From Psammoneis japonica (lineage: Eukaryota), in NCBI GenBank assembly GCA_008632985.1, contig QPGO01000153.1, positions 124,001-182,534 of the forward strand: a stretch of DNA of 58,534 nucleotides, given 5' to 3'. Shown here piece after piece: positions 36,024 to 47,500 of the stretch (the stretch's first letter is position 1; every line of letters begins with the position of its first letter). Position numbers and translations under genes: made by a program. The notes beneath the pieces were generated by a model. It saw nothing but the letters and a program-made list of their open reading frames with translations. It was not told where the DNA came from and did not search any database.

Positions 36024-36579
36024 TGGGTGGTGTGCCACACGGGTGCCCTTGGTGTTCCCATTGGCGTGCTTGGAGCAGGATTGTTTGTAGAGATTGTTGA
36101 GGAGGAAAACAAGGAGAACAGCATGAGCTGGAGCAAGAGTGCAGCTTGTGCTGGTGTTCCAAAGAAAGGGTTGGCATGTTCTTTGAGAACTCGTGATGCC
36201 ACAACTTTGCCGCCGACGGCATTGGAATCCAAGGCAGCCACGATTTTTTTTAGCTTTCCACGACCCATGCTCTCATTTTTGCAGCCATCACCGTGCATGT
36301 CTGCCAGATGATGCAGGGCCACAAACAAGACTTTCTTGCAGTCAAGTGGTTTGCCATTGTCACTCTTGCCTTGTTGAGCACTTGTTGGCTGTTCTGCCCT
36401 TTCATGTGAAAGTCGCAATGACAATCCCCGCAATTGCTCGAACTTGATACGTGCTCCCGCCGCGCGCAGCGACTTCGCTGATGAGTTATTCTGATTTTCT
36501 GATGCTGCGCATTGAGCATGCTGCCAACCACGAAAAGAGAAAGAGCAGAGCGACAAAAGTGTACCTTGTAACAACAAAC

Positions 36580-37122
36580 ATGTGGTCCGACATTAAAAGT
36601 GAAGACGTATTGGTGCCAAAGAAGAATTCACCAAAAATCGAGATACTTTCGTTTGCCGTTTCGCTCGATCCACAGCAAAGTTTAGTAGTAGTTGGGACTA
36701 TTACGTGTTTGAGCACAACCTCCGCCATGGTTTGGATGGGCTGGGGATCTCCTTCTTCTTCACAAGCCGAGTCGTCTAATGTTATTGGCACTGGCGTTCC
36801 TCCAAGTATGGGGCCCTTGGTTGTGGCCATGCCTCAAACCACCTTTCGCGGTGCATTTCCAGACGCGGCAGCATCGTCGCTGCTCATTTCTCAGGGAGTC
36901 GATGAAGAGGACGGTATGCTTGCCAATCAAGCCTCAACACGATTGACAAAGAAACTGGGGAGACCAATTTTTGTGTCGTGTTGTTTGAATGGTGGATCAG
37001 CACAACAGCAGTCTGACGAGCTGGGAGGAGGAGCAGACGATGCGTCGTCCATAGCTCAGCATGCAGCCGCCTTAGCAGAACGAGAAGTTGCAAGAATATT
37101 GAAGGAGAAGTGGAAATGCTAG
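36580..37122 (+). CDS. Proteasome assembly chaperone 4 (PAC4/PSMG4)-like protein
   Basis: SAMVWMG, MGPLVVAMP, ASTRLTKKLGRPIFVSC, LAEREVARIL pattern. Confidence 0.65.
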   Translation: MWSDIKSEDVLVPKKNSPKIEILSFAVSLDPQQSLVVVGTITCLSTTSAMVWMGWGSPSSSQAESSNVIGTGVPPSMGPLVVAMPQTTFRGAFPDAAASSLLISQGVDEEDGMLANQASTRLTKKLGRPIFVSCCLNGGSAQQQSDELGGGADDASSIAQHAAALAEREVARILKEKWKC

Positions 37123-37252
37123 ACAAATAGAATAGCAGAGACCTTTCATAATAACAAAAGAGTGCTACTACGTTCTCAATTTCATCGCATCTGCCTTTCA
37201 TACGTATGCTGTTGGTCACTCCCACACTCACATACATTAATATCCCCAAACA

Positions 37253-40081
37253 TCAATCACTGTTCTGTGCGCCGCTGTCGTGATAGATCGTAAAGTCATC
37301 AAGGCCTGTTGAATCCAATCGTAAGCCTTTCTCATTAGCCAAATGAAGCAGACAGATAAAGTAAAAGGCCAACGAGACATCCGACTGGGATTGCGAGGAT
37401 TCCAGCTGTAGTACAGCCTCCTTGAATGATAGACACTTCTCCGTCGTAGGGTCGTCTTCCGTTTCGTCCTCCATATCAATCGACTTCTCCTCCTCGGCTT
37501 CTAAAGATTCATCCTTATCCTCTCCGATTTCGTCCGTAGCTGCTTTCGGTTTCGGAACAATAACAGTTTCGATTTCATTCCACAAATCCTTCTTGAGACG
37601 CTTGACGTCCACCTTTTTTGCCACAGTTGCATACCCGACTTGGATCTTGTCAACCTTTCGAATCCCCTCCAGTTCGCCAACAACAAAATCATCGTCGTCA
37701 TCCTCCCCGTATCCATCGTCATTCGCAAACATAAATCCCGGGCCATCGTCGTCATCCCCGTTAGAATCATTATCCCCGTCGTCGAAACCAAAGTAGTCGT
37801 GTCACTGAAACCTGTAGCAATGGATAAGGACGTAAACAGAGACTCAGGTATAAGTGGATGGAACGTAAGAGCTGTGGAATAAAGAGAATGATACTCACCA
37901 ACCGTCTTTGTATTCTTCTGGATTGAATCTTCTCCCGAAACAACTGAGGCAGTCGGACGCAGAAACAACTTGGACAGCTGCTCCATTCCAATACCAGCGT
38001 CAAGCGGCAGTAAGTTATCTTCCTTTGAATATTTCGTCTTTGTAGCATTAGGAAACGCAAGAGGGTCGGACGCAGCTCCACGTTTTGACTTCTTCGCCGC
38101 TGGTTTCTTTAAGATCTCCTTCAAGACGTTGGAAGACGGCGCGGATAAGTCCACAAGACACTTCTGCTCTTTTTTACTAGTCTTCTTCTTTCGGGCCTTC
38201 TTCTTGGTTGTCTTCTTTGCCTTTTCTTTCGCTGTCTTTGTCTTTTTCCAATGTGCCGATCCGGCCCACATGTTGCCACCAGTAATCTTATCAATTGCTG
38301 ACTGGTCAAAGTACTCATAGTCACCGCCTTGAGATATGGCTTCCCCAGAGGCCAGAGCATCCAGCAGAACGGTCGTATTGGACGGTCCAGAATCAAAAGC
38401 ATCTGCTGCATTTTCATCGGTGGTAGCAAAATCTGCGCCTTGGAAACTGACTCCAGAATACCGTGGGGCATTTTCATCCGAAGCCACAAAATCGTTGAAG
38501 GCAACGTCGTCGTCGTCATCATCATCAAAATCATCGTCCCCTCCACCAAAGTCGTCTGGAGCGTATTGGTTTTCACCTTCCTCGTCTTCTGTAAACAACG
38601 TTCTTCCACTCATCAAAGAGAGACTCGAACGGCCACCCATGTCCTTCAAGATGGACTTTTCCGCCTCTCTTTCTTCCTTGCGGGGAGTTGCGTACCGCTG
38701 CGACTGCATTTCAAAAGGGAACGGACAGCAAAGCAACGTAAGTCATAAGGTACACCCGCGTATGCAAGTTATACACGATAAGAACTTACCTTGGCTTTTG
38801 GAGTTAAATCTTCTACGTATCCATCGGCCTCCAACATTTCCTTTTCCTCGCGAAGAGCCTTGAGCTGTGGGACCAAAGAAAGCGATTCAAGTGTGGAATC
38901 ACCAATGAGGCTCTTGAGTTTGGTGGTGAGCAATGAAATGTCCACCATACCTTCTTCAGAACGGCGGTTCTCCTCGTCTTCTGGATTCTCTTCTTCCTTG
39001 CCTTCCTCTTTTTCGGGCTCTTCTTCCTCCTCTTTGGAGTCAAAGACGATACCACATCCGTCACTTCCAACACTAAGATTGACGAGCAAAAGACCCTTGG
39101 CTCCACCCTCATCGAACGTTTTCGACATTTTATGAAAGAGCGGATCAATATCGAAAGCCGAATCCAACTTGTTCATGTTGATGTTGGCTGCAATAGACAG
39201 CGTAGGAAGAGTACCAGTGAGATTCGCGAAACGAGAAAACAATACAATTCAAGGCCAATTTCTCTCTTACCGAGATTTGTTTCCAGGGTTTCCACATTGT
39301 TCTTACTGCTGCGAGACGCCGTGGGCCTCTCGTTGGAATCGTCCTGGGTAGCCTGTTCGTTGCGATCATCGCTTTCCTGACTGGATGATTTGTTGTTATC
39401 GGTACGATTCAGATTCGCCAACACCTTGTAAGACGTCAAGTGGACATCATCCACACGATACGAATAAATCTTGACACTAGCGTCAAGCGTACAGCTCGCC
39501 TTTGTAAAGTTGACACGGCGTTCTGTTGGTTGCGTGCTGTTGGCTGAAGCATGCGCTGTAGTACTCGTTGGGGAAGAGCGCCTATCGCTATCGTCGTCGT
39601 CCGCCAAGAACTTGTCAATGTTATCAATCAGATTCAGACCCCACGAGTTACCTGCATTGATTCTATTTTCGGCATTCATACGAATAGCACGGCGATACAT
39701 TTCACCCAATTGCTCCGAGTTTTGAGAAATCGCCTCCGTCTCATCATCCTCATCATCATCTGCAGTGTCGAATCGTCCAGAGAGCCTCAAGAATCTGGCA
39801 GACGAGCGACGACGGCGGCGTTGATATGTCTGACGCTTGTCCTTTTTCGCCGAGGATGGCGTCATGGTCTTTCGCTTCATGGCTTCCTCCAGCGTCAAAC
39901 TCCTTTCGTTTTCATCCTCCGATTCAATCGATTCATCGCTGTCTTCTTCATCACTGCTCTCCATGACAAGCAGATTCTTCTTGTTCTTGGAGCTCGTCTT
40001 TAACATAACATCCTCGTCACTACTATCATCATTGTGACGGTTCTCGATATTGTCCAGGTCGGCCAAGACGGACGACGCCAT
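37253..40081 (-). CDS. NCAPH: Condensin I kleisin subunit H (barren)
   Basis: NRINAGNSWGLNLID, NFTKASCTLDASVKIYSYRVD, DPLFHKMSKTFDEGGAKGLL, NMWAGSAHWK, YATVAKKVDVKRLK, FICLLHLANEKGL; introns 39270-39188, 38789-38704, 37898-37812; one frameshift near 37800. Confidence 0.93.
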
Positions 40082-40414
40082 GGTGCTGTCTGTTATTTGC
40101 CGCTGCAGCCAAGTTTTGAGCTCGGCGATTTTTTTTGCCGTTGGTTTTTTTCGATCGGTCAAAATTCAAAAAATGATGACGTCGAAATGACGTTTCTCTT
40201 TTTATGTTGTATGGGCAATTGTGCTGTGCTCGCATCGCGCGCGCTCGCTCGCTCTTCTTTTTGCACATTCGCGCGAGATATGATGACGTGTTCCCGCTTT
40301 CAGCTTGCCGATGATCCCACTTTTTCTTCGCCGAGCGCTTCACCATGGCCAATAGCGGCACCTATGATCAGTAAAGAAGACTTCAGACGCACTAGGAAAA
40401 GAGGTCTTTGAACC

Positions 40415-42217
40415 ATGCACTACACCAGTTTAGTCCTTACAATTCTTGCAAGCAGATGTTTGGCGGCAGATGCTTTTTCATCGAGTGCAAAGCGCAGTCA
40501 CAAAATACAATCCGTACGACCAAAACGAGGGGTATGTTTTTCTTCTTCTGAAAACAAGGAGTGGACGTCTGATTTTGAGGATTTCTACAATGAAAATGAC
40601 AATGACAATGATTTTGAGCTACCCGACTTTTCCTTGAATAGCAATGAGGAGGACGACAAGCCCCAGTCAACCAAGGAGCAGTCGGACTTGTTGGAATCTC
40701 TGGCAAAAGCGGTATCCGCCAACACCCGACAAGACTTGGCCGGGATTCAACAACGACAGTTTGGCTTGGGTGAAGATATCATCCTGGTAGACTTTGCTGG
40801 TAGCATGGGTTTTGATGAAGTAACAGATTGGGAGTACTATCGACAAGACGAGGACACGGGAGATCGTCAAGTGGTTGAGCCTCCGCCGTTGGACCCCTCA
40901 AAACCAAAGCGAACAAGGGAACGCGTTGGATCAGTGGTATGTATCGCACTTGCGACTGAACCCTGAATATATTATGTAAGACGTGACATAGGTCTTCTCA
41001 CACAAAGTTTTCCCTTGCTTTGTTGAACTGCAGGTTCGAATTTTTCGTGGAGAATTCATTGGAACACTTGCCGGAGCGCTCCGATCTCAGGGACTCGATT
41101 CACGTGTTCTGGTCAAGGAGTTTTCCGGTGACCTTGCAGTGGATTTGGCAAGAGCAGAACTCGCCTCTGTAGCAAAGCTGCAGTCGTCGATATGCAATGA
41201 CGAGGATTGGAGTGGCTCAGCATTGGGGAGACGATCCTCCACGTCGACCCAACAACGGCAAGATAATACGCGGGTATGTACTTTGGTACAGAAACTACAA
41301 GAGGAAGCGCCCTACTTGGGTATTTTGGGTCAGATAAATATTGCAGAGTTGCAGGAAAATGATGATTTGGATGCCAACGAGTGGTATCGTGCCTTGAGCG
41401 TGGCTCCACCAAAACAGAATTCAATTTGGGTTGTTTACGAATATGCGGGCTTGTCGACCACTCAAATGTATTGCCAACCAGCATTGATGCGAAGAGCCAG
41501 TATGCCTCCAAAACGAGGCTTTTTTGGTACTGTGGTAGAGCCACCTGCCTTGCCAAAGTGGAGCGAGAGGTCAAATTATGTTGTCAAGGGCGTGATGAAG
41601 GGTGCGTTAGAGGCACTAGCTACACTTCACGAAGCGGGTATTGTTCACAAGAGCATTGGACGAACGTCTCTCTTACTTAGCAGCACTGCCATGGATAAAA
41701 CTGAAGCTGCTTCACCGTTTGCCACCTTAACATCCATGCTACGCATGAAACTTGCAGACTTTGGCTTTTCTCAGCCCATTCAAGAATCCATCTTGGACGA
41801 GGACTTACGTCGCCGTGCAAGAGGCTTTGGGTTGTCTCTGGTGAACAGACAAGATGCGGAAGCGCTAACAGACTACGCCCAGGCGGAAGACTTGCATGCA
41901 TTGGGATTTGTCTTTTTAGGGTTGTTGCTAACGTCCTTAGCGGAACCACCCTCTGCAGAATACACCATGCCCAGCGTGGATGACGATGCGCTGAAGAGAC
42001 AACTGGGCGACATCTTCAACAATGAAATGTACGAATTTCGATCTTATGTCAAAGCCGAGGGTGATTTGTGGGCTAACGTTGTGGATCTTCTAGATCAACA
42101 TGATGGAGCTGGTTGGCAGCTTCTTCAATCCATGTGTACGGCACGCGAAGATGCGGCGAAACAAAAAATTGTAAAAGTGCCCGGGAGTTGCTGTCGAGTC
42201 CATTCTTTACCAAATAG
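40415..42217 (+). CDS. Plastid-targeted protein-kinase-like protein, probable pseudokinase
   Basis: ADA-FSS presequence; intron 40937-41033; VLVKEF, WVVYEY, VHKSIG (no HRD Asp), LADFG, EDLHALG; C-terminal frameshift gives SARELLSSPFF* at 42217. Confidence 0.8.
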
Positions 42218-42360
42218 TTGACAGGGCAAGTAAACTCGTGTACAATAGAGATGTTCTTGTTCATGTACCATGGATTTCTTAACTATCCACTAAACATGCA
42301 TGCGTCCACTTACGGTATCGACTTCGCTGACTCCATCCCAACGTCTCGTTACAATCTTGA

Positions 42361-42660
42361 TCAGGTCCATTGGCTCGCGAGAGGTCCCACTGCTAGACTC
42401 GGAATCAGACCCCAGACCTGGACCTGAAGTACCTACAAGAGACCGAGATAGTGCCAGGCGGGTGGGATGTAGAAGATAGCACCGGAAAAAAGTGAACCCG
42501 GCATCCACCGCCGAGTTCTGGTCGGCGGGATAGCCACGCATTCGAAACTTGAGACTGGCCAAAGGAGCTTGAACGACGAACCTAACGAAGTTTGGCTCGC
42601 ACCCAACGCAACGGCGAGCAAGAAAATTTGACGATCAAGCCAGACGCCTGTTGCAGCTTT
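42361..42660 (-). pseudogene. Truncated duplicate of the 3' end of the FMO gene
   Basis: Matches 51281-51610 (CVGCEPNFVRF, FRMRG, same stop context TCAGGTCCATTG) with deletions. Confidence 0.85.
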
Positions 42661-43082
42661 GCAGCTGCGATCATCCCTTGGTGCCTGGCCACGACCGTTC
42701 TTCGCCTTCGTAACTCCCATCGCTCTCGTTTTGAGTCTGATGTGTTAATCCACTCCAACTTACTTGCCATACCTTGAAAGATACTCCAGCCGCTAGTCCA
42801 TTCCCGAGCGTGGGGCGGGGGGATATTGTACTCGTTGTCTGTCGTTGCCGCATGATCTGTGCACCACATTTTGCATAGCAATCCACTTAATTCCGTGAAA
42901 CAAAGAGCTGATGATTGAATTCAAAAGACTTCTTATCACTTTAGAGTAGTTCGTAGGCTCCTATCGATATTGGAACTAAATGATCATTCTCATTTTCGTC
43001 AGATTCAAAGTAAACCTGTTACCAAAACTGTTGCTTAGAAACAGACGATCACGTGTGGGACAAAGAATTGCGACAACTGAAA

Positions 43083-43640
43083 TCAGACGCACGAGTATCC
43101 CGTGTTTTCGTCTCCGACACAAACCTGCCCTTCAGGACATCCCGCGTTGAAATCCTTAAAGCATTGGCATGTGCCTTTGAAGCACTTAGTTGTACTACAG
43201 TCAAAGGGAATATTAGGATCACACGGTGCACCAACAGGCAAACCACAAAAGGGCGGTAAATCGGGCAAAAACTGCAGCAAGGTACAGGTGCGGCCACTCG
43301 TGCAGCCGACGTTGGTGTTTAGGTTGCATCGGCAGCTTCCGGGCGCACCAGGAAGGATCTCTCCAAAAAAGCAATTTTTGCTTTCGCAAACAGCATCATC
43401 GCGGCACTCTGAACCAACTGGCAAGCCTTGTGCTGGAGGAGGTGAGGGAGCAAGACTGGTTATTTGAAGGATCCTCCTCTCCCAGTATTGGCTTTCTTCA
43501 TCGTCCAACAAAGCGGATTCAAATGTAAGCGAGTTTTTGGAAAGGCTTTCGCTTTTATCCCTGTCGGCATGGCTGACAACTCCATCAGAGGAAACTAAAA
43601 GACAGGTTGCAGCCAGTGCCCTTGCAGATGACAATCTCAT
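43083..43640 (-). CDS. Small secreted Cys-rich protein, single-module paralog of 53821-55956
   Basis: Signal peptide, WERRILQ (RxL-type) site, then a near-copy of the last Cys modules of the large gene; no hydrophobic tail. Confidence 0.8.
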   Translation of the reverse strand: MRLSSARALAATCLLVSSDGVVSHADRDKSESLSKNSLTFESALLDDEESQYWERRILQITSLAPSPPPAQGLPVGSECRDDAVCESKNCFFGEILPGAPGSCRCNLNTNVGCTSGRTCTLLQFLPDLPPFCGLPVGAPCDPNIPFDCSTTKCFKGTCQCFKDFNAGCPEGQVCVGDENTGYSCV

Positions 43641-44572
43641 CTTGCTCCTGCAGTCGCGCTCATCCCTGGTTCAAAAAATGTGAGACGAAAAAAGACGGTT
43701 GGGTGAACGGGGAATAACACGATAAGGAATAACGGATTCATTCGTAGTATTGTCTTTACTCAAGGACCGTTATTTGGATAGACTAAAAACAGCATAATAA
43801 CATTATATACGTTATCTGGATTGTTAGATCTACGAACCTGAAGGCCAAATCCTCATTTGAATGTGCTGATGATGGCCACAGTTGCCTCCTGAGATGGCCA
43901 AAAACCTGTTGCGGCTGGCGCAGCCGCAGGCAGCAACAGACAGCATTTGCTTCACTGCTCCAGGCAGCACGGCAAAATTCACGCACCAAACCCAGATGAG
44001 GGATGTGCTGTGTGGCAGCAGCGGCGTTGACTTCTCGTCCAAGCCCCCTTGTGTGCCATTTTGTTGTGGCAAGCGGCAATCATCTCGCTTTGCACCTCCC
44101 CTGGTCCCCGATGCGAGTGACAAAATTCAAATGTGCTGCTGGCTCTGATTTCTCAAGCAAGTGTGATGCACTCCAGCTCTGGGTGGGACCTTGCACACCA
44201 CTGCACTGCTGTGACATCAGAGTTTTTTGGCCATGCGCCACCACATGTGTTGTGCATGGCACACATTTGCACATGCTGTCTTTTGCAATTTTTTTCATGC
44301 ATGATGTCCATTTGCAAGAACAAAAATGGGCTGGGGGGTGCACTCTTCAATGTCTTGAAAATGCACCTGACCAAAACAGGAAATCAGAGAAAATGTGCTT
44401 CAAGTGTGGAGGAGTTTGTGCACCCGCAAAGTCGCTGCTTTTTTTTATTCTGTTGACAATTGTCAGCTTTTTGGTTGCCAAACAATTTCACTGCAGAGCT
44501 CTTGGAGGGCAAAAATCTGCTGCAGGCTTGGTGGAAAACACATCAAGCAAGCACAACAAAGAACATCTCTCC

Positions 44573-47500
44573 AACATCTGGGACCAATGATCCAGGTGTT
44601 GCTCCAGCCGTCAAAATTTTTTTAAGTGGAGCCGTCAGCCAGACACATTCTCCATTTGATCCAAGATTGTGCTGATTTGTCAAATCTGCGTGTGTGAAAC
44701 ATTCAACAACAAACATCTTCATCCCCAAAGTCAACAATTTTCTGTCCTCACGACAAGACTGATGTGCATGTTTAATTTCATGTTAATTCCTTGATGATTG
44801 GTCAATCAATTTTCTTCCTCCAAATCTCTGCATGCATCTGTCAAGTTAGATTCTTCAAATGTTTTCTCCCTGCCCAGCATCATGCCATCATTCTGCCCAT
44901 GACGGCCCCCCCCAGCATTCCTTTTTCTTGTTGTTTGCTTCTGCCCTGTGTTGCTGCTCTGTCCCAAGTGATCATTGCCACACATGGTGTGCCACCTGAT
45001 TTCTTCTTAACACTTCTTCATCTCTGCACATTGGCAATGCCGTCTGATGGTCTTGGTTGTCCTTGGTGCAAACAAACTGGTTTTTTTCTGACCGCAGTCT
45101 CAGTGGGCACATCGCAACCAACTGCCTCTCCATTCTGCTGTTCCAACCAAGTCTTTTGGTTGTCCTCATTGTGGACAATGTGGTTTTGACTCAGAAAACA
45201 ATGTGCAGCATCACCTTTCTTGGCACTGCACTGCTGCATCTGTTCTCCCTTCACCATTGACACAGTTGCATGGCAGAACCCAATCGCCCTCCCTCTCTGG
45301 TGGGAAATCTGTTTCCTCACATCCTCTGGATGCCGCCTCCATTGCCTCTCTTGGGTCCAACACCAACAGACCCAAATGCCCCCATTGCCAAGTTCCCTTT
45401 TCCAACATTGTCCTTATCTTCAGAAGTGCGCACCCTGCCATGAAAAGGAGGAAACGTTTCTTTGACCATTTGCCACATCTTCAAATGCTGTCAATTCATT
45501 GCCCCCTCCAGATTGCAAAACACTTGGCAACCATGATGATCATGCTGTGTTTGGTTTTGCCAATGATGGACCCCAGCCTCCCCTTCTCAAAGTCTTTTTG
45601 ATCCAGATTCACCTCCTCCCACACAATCGGACAATGCTTCTCTAGCGGGCCTTCCCTCTGCTGGAAATGGTCTGCACCCCCCCCCCCCCCCCCCTCCGTC
45701 AGATGCCCTGGTTGATTGCGTGTTGCCACCAATGTTGCTGCCACCAGTGCAGCCACTGAAACTCTTGCCGATTTGTCTTGTTTGCAGATGATGGTGTGTC
45801 TGCCCTTGGAGAGGACAGTCTTGTGGATGTTGCTGAGTTCGCTGGAGCAGAATGTCTTGATGGCAGTTTTGGTCCACCCTTGATGTCACGCCTGATGGAA
45901 GAGCCAGCTCCTCCTCCCCAGGTGTTGACTCTGTTTCAGTTTCTTCCTTTGATCCACACAATCCTCTGCAACTGGCATGGCATGTTGCCCCTGATGAGGA
46001 CTTTGATGTCCCTCCAGTCTGCTCACCCAGCATTGCTGCTTACAAAAATTCAAAATGCTGCAACTCTTGCCAAACCAGATTGCTGCTCTGGCGAACAAAG
46101 CACCAAGAAACAAACAGGATAAAGAAGGACACCATTTTGTCAGAGAGTTTGCTGCAAACAAAAAGGACGAGGTGGAAGGCATTGAGTTGGCAGAAAAAAT
46201 GTTGGACTTCATTCCAGACTTTCCACTGGCGGAGGACGTGGACAAAAAGACAACCGGGTCAAAGGGGGAAATGCATCATGATCATGCAGAAAAACAGAGT
46301 TGTTTCCTGGAAACAAAATGTCCACCATGTTTCTGTTCCTTGACGACACCACAAAGGACAATGGCACCATCGAGACATGGCCGGATGGTTGCAAGGTGGT
46401 TTTGAATGAGAAAGAGCATGATGAAGACACTTGGTTGGGTTGGGTTTGGAAAAACAATTGTTGGTGGGAGAAGCAGGTGCATCATTTGTTTTTGATGCTA
46501 GAATATTGCTTTGCCAAACAAAACCAACTCAGATCAAAGGAACATGGCATGTCCAGCCCACAATTTTGATGCTGCAAGCACATGGTGTCTTGTGAACAAT
46601 TGTGAGAGAAAAAAGAAGTTGTTGGTCATCAAAAGCAGGCAGCATCTTTGTCAACATAGAAAGCAAGTTTGTGGAAATGGCAACTGACAACACAATGTTC
46701 AAATGGAAAAGAGTTGCCAGATGGAAATGAGATGGCAACATGCCACCCATGTTGTTGGAAGGGTGGAACTTTCATTTGATGTCCATTGCAAGATTGTTTC
46801 CAGTGGAATGCCTTTTGGCTTGATGGCGCCATCTCTTTTTTTGGTGCACTTGTGAAAGAGGTGCCTGTTGACACTGCCTCCCCATGACAGATCGGTTTGG
46901 CAGGCAGGAACAAAAAAGGATGCATGCGTCCATTTGTGGTGCACCCACAAAACATCATGTCAAATGAAATGACAACAGTTCCTTCAGCACACTCATTGGA
47001 CAGAATCTCCTCAAGGTGGTTCTGTGTCCCATTCTTGCCAAAAAGCATCACCAGCCCATTGCAGTTGCCAAAGAAAATCTTGGCATTGTTCTGATGGTGC
47101 AAACAGCAAACTGCATCATCTTCAGCAAGGAATGACTGATTGATCAGGGCAGGATGACTGCCAGGAGAGTTGGGCCAGATGCCAGCACACCAGTCACAGC
47201 CCAAGTTGTGACAAGGACTGTGGAGCTCCATGCTGCAGGCCTTGCAGGATGGAACAAGCAAATGACAGGCAATTGCAAAACTGGCACAACCACCACCAAC
47301 GTTGATGAAATTAAACTGGCTTTGAGTCTGAGTGCCAAAGAGTGCGGGGTGACAAATGACCTTGGCAAAAAAATTGAAGCTTGCAGCACCACAGTGAGAT
47401 CTCACGCTGCCACCAGCAACATGACCAAATTGATGCTCAGTTGGTGGCATGTGATGGCAATGCAGGGAACGCATGTTCCTGGTGGTTGATGCAATTCACT

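Larger units (their letters stand above)
25415..36445. mobile_element. Large nest of hypermutated DNA transposons
   Basis: About 11 kb nearly devoid of TAY/RTA and CpG; starts with GGCCGCGCGGCC plus GTAC repeats; contains a transposase relic and a region duplicated at 44.6-49.8 kb. Confidence 0.8.

Noticed and set aside
25415..36445. Classical fungal RIP or ApT 6mA decay as the cause of the compositional bias
   Set aside because: RIP enriches TpA and depletes CpA, the opposite of what is seen. ApT remains abundant, so ApT-methyl decay does not fit.
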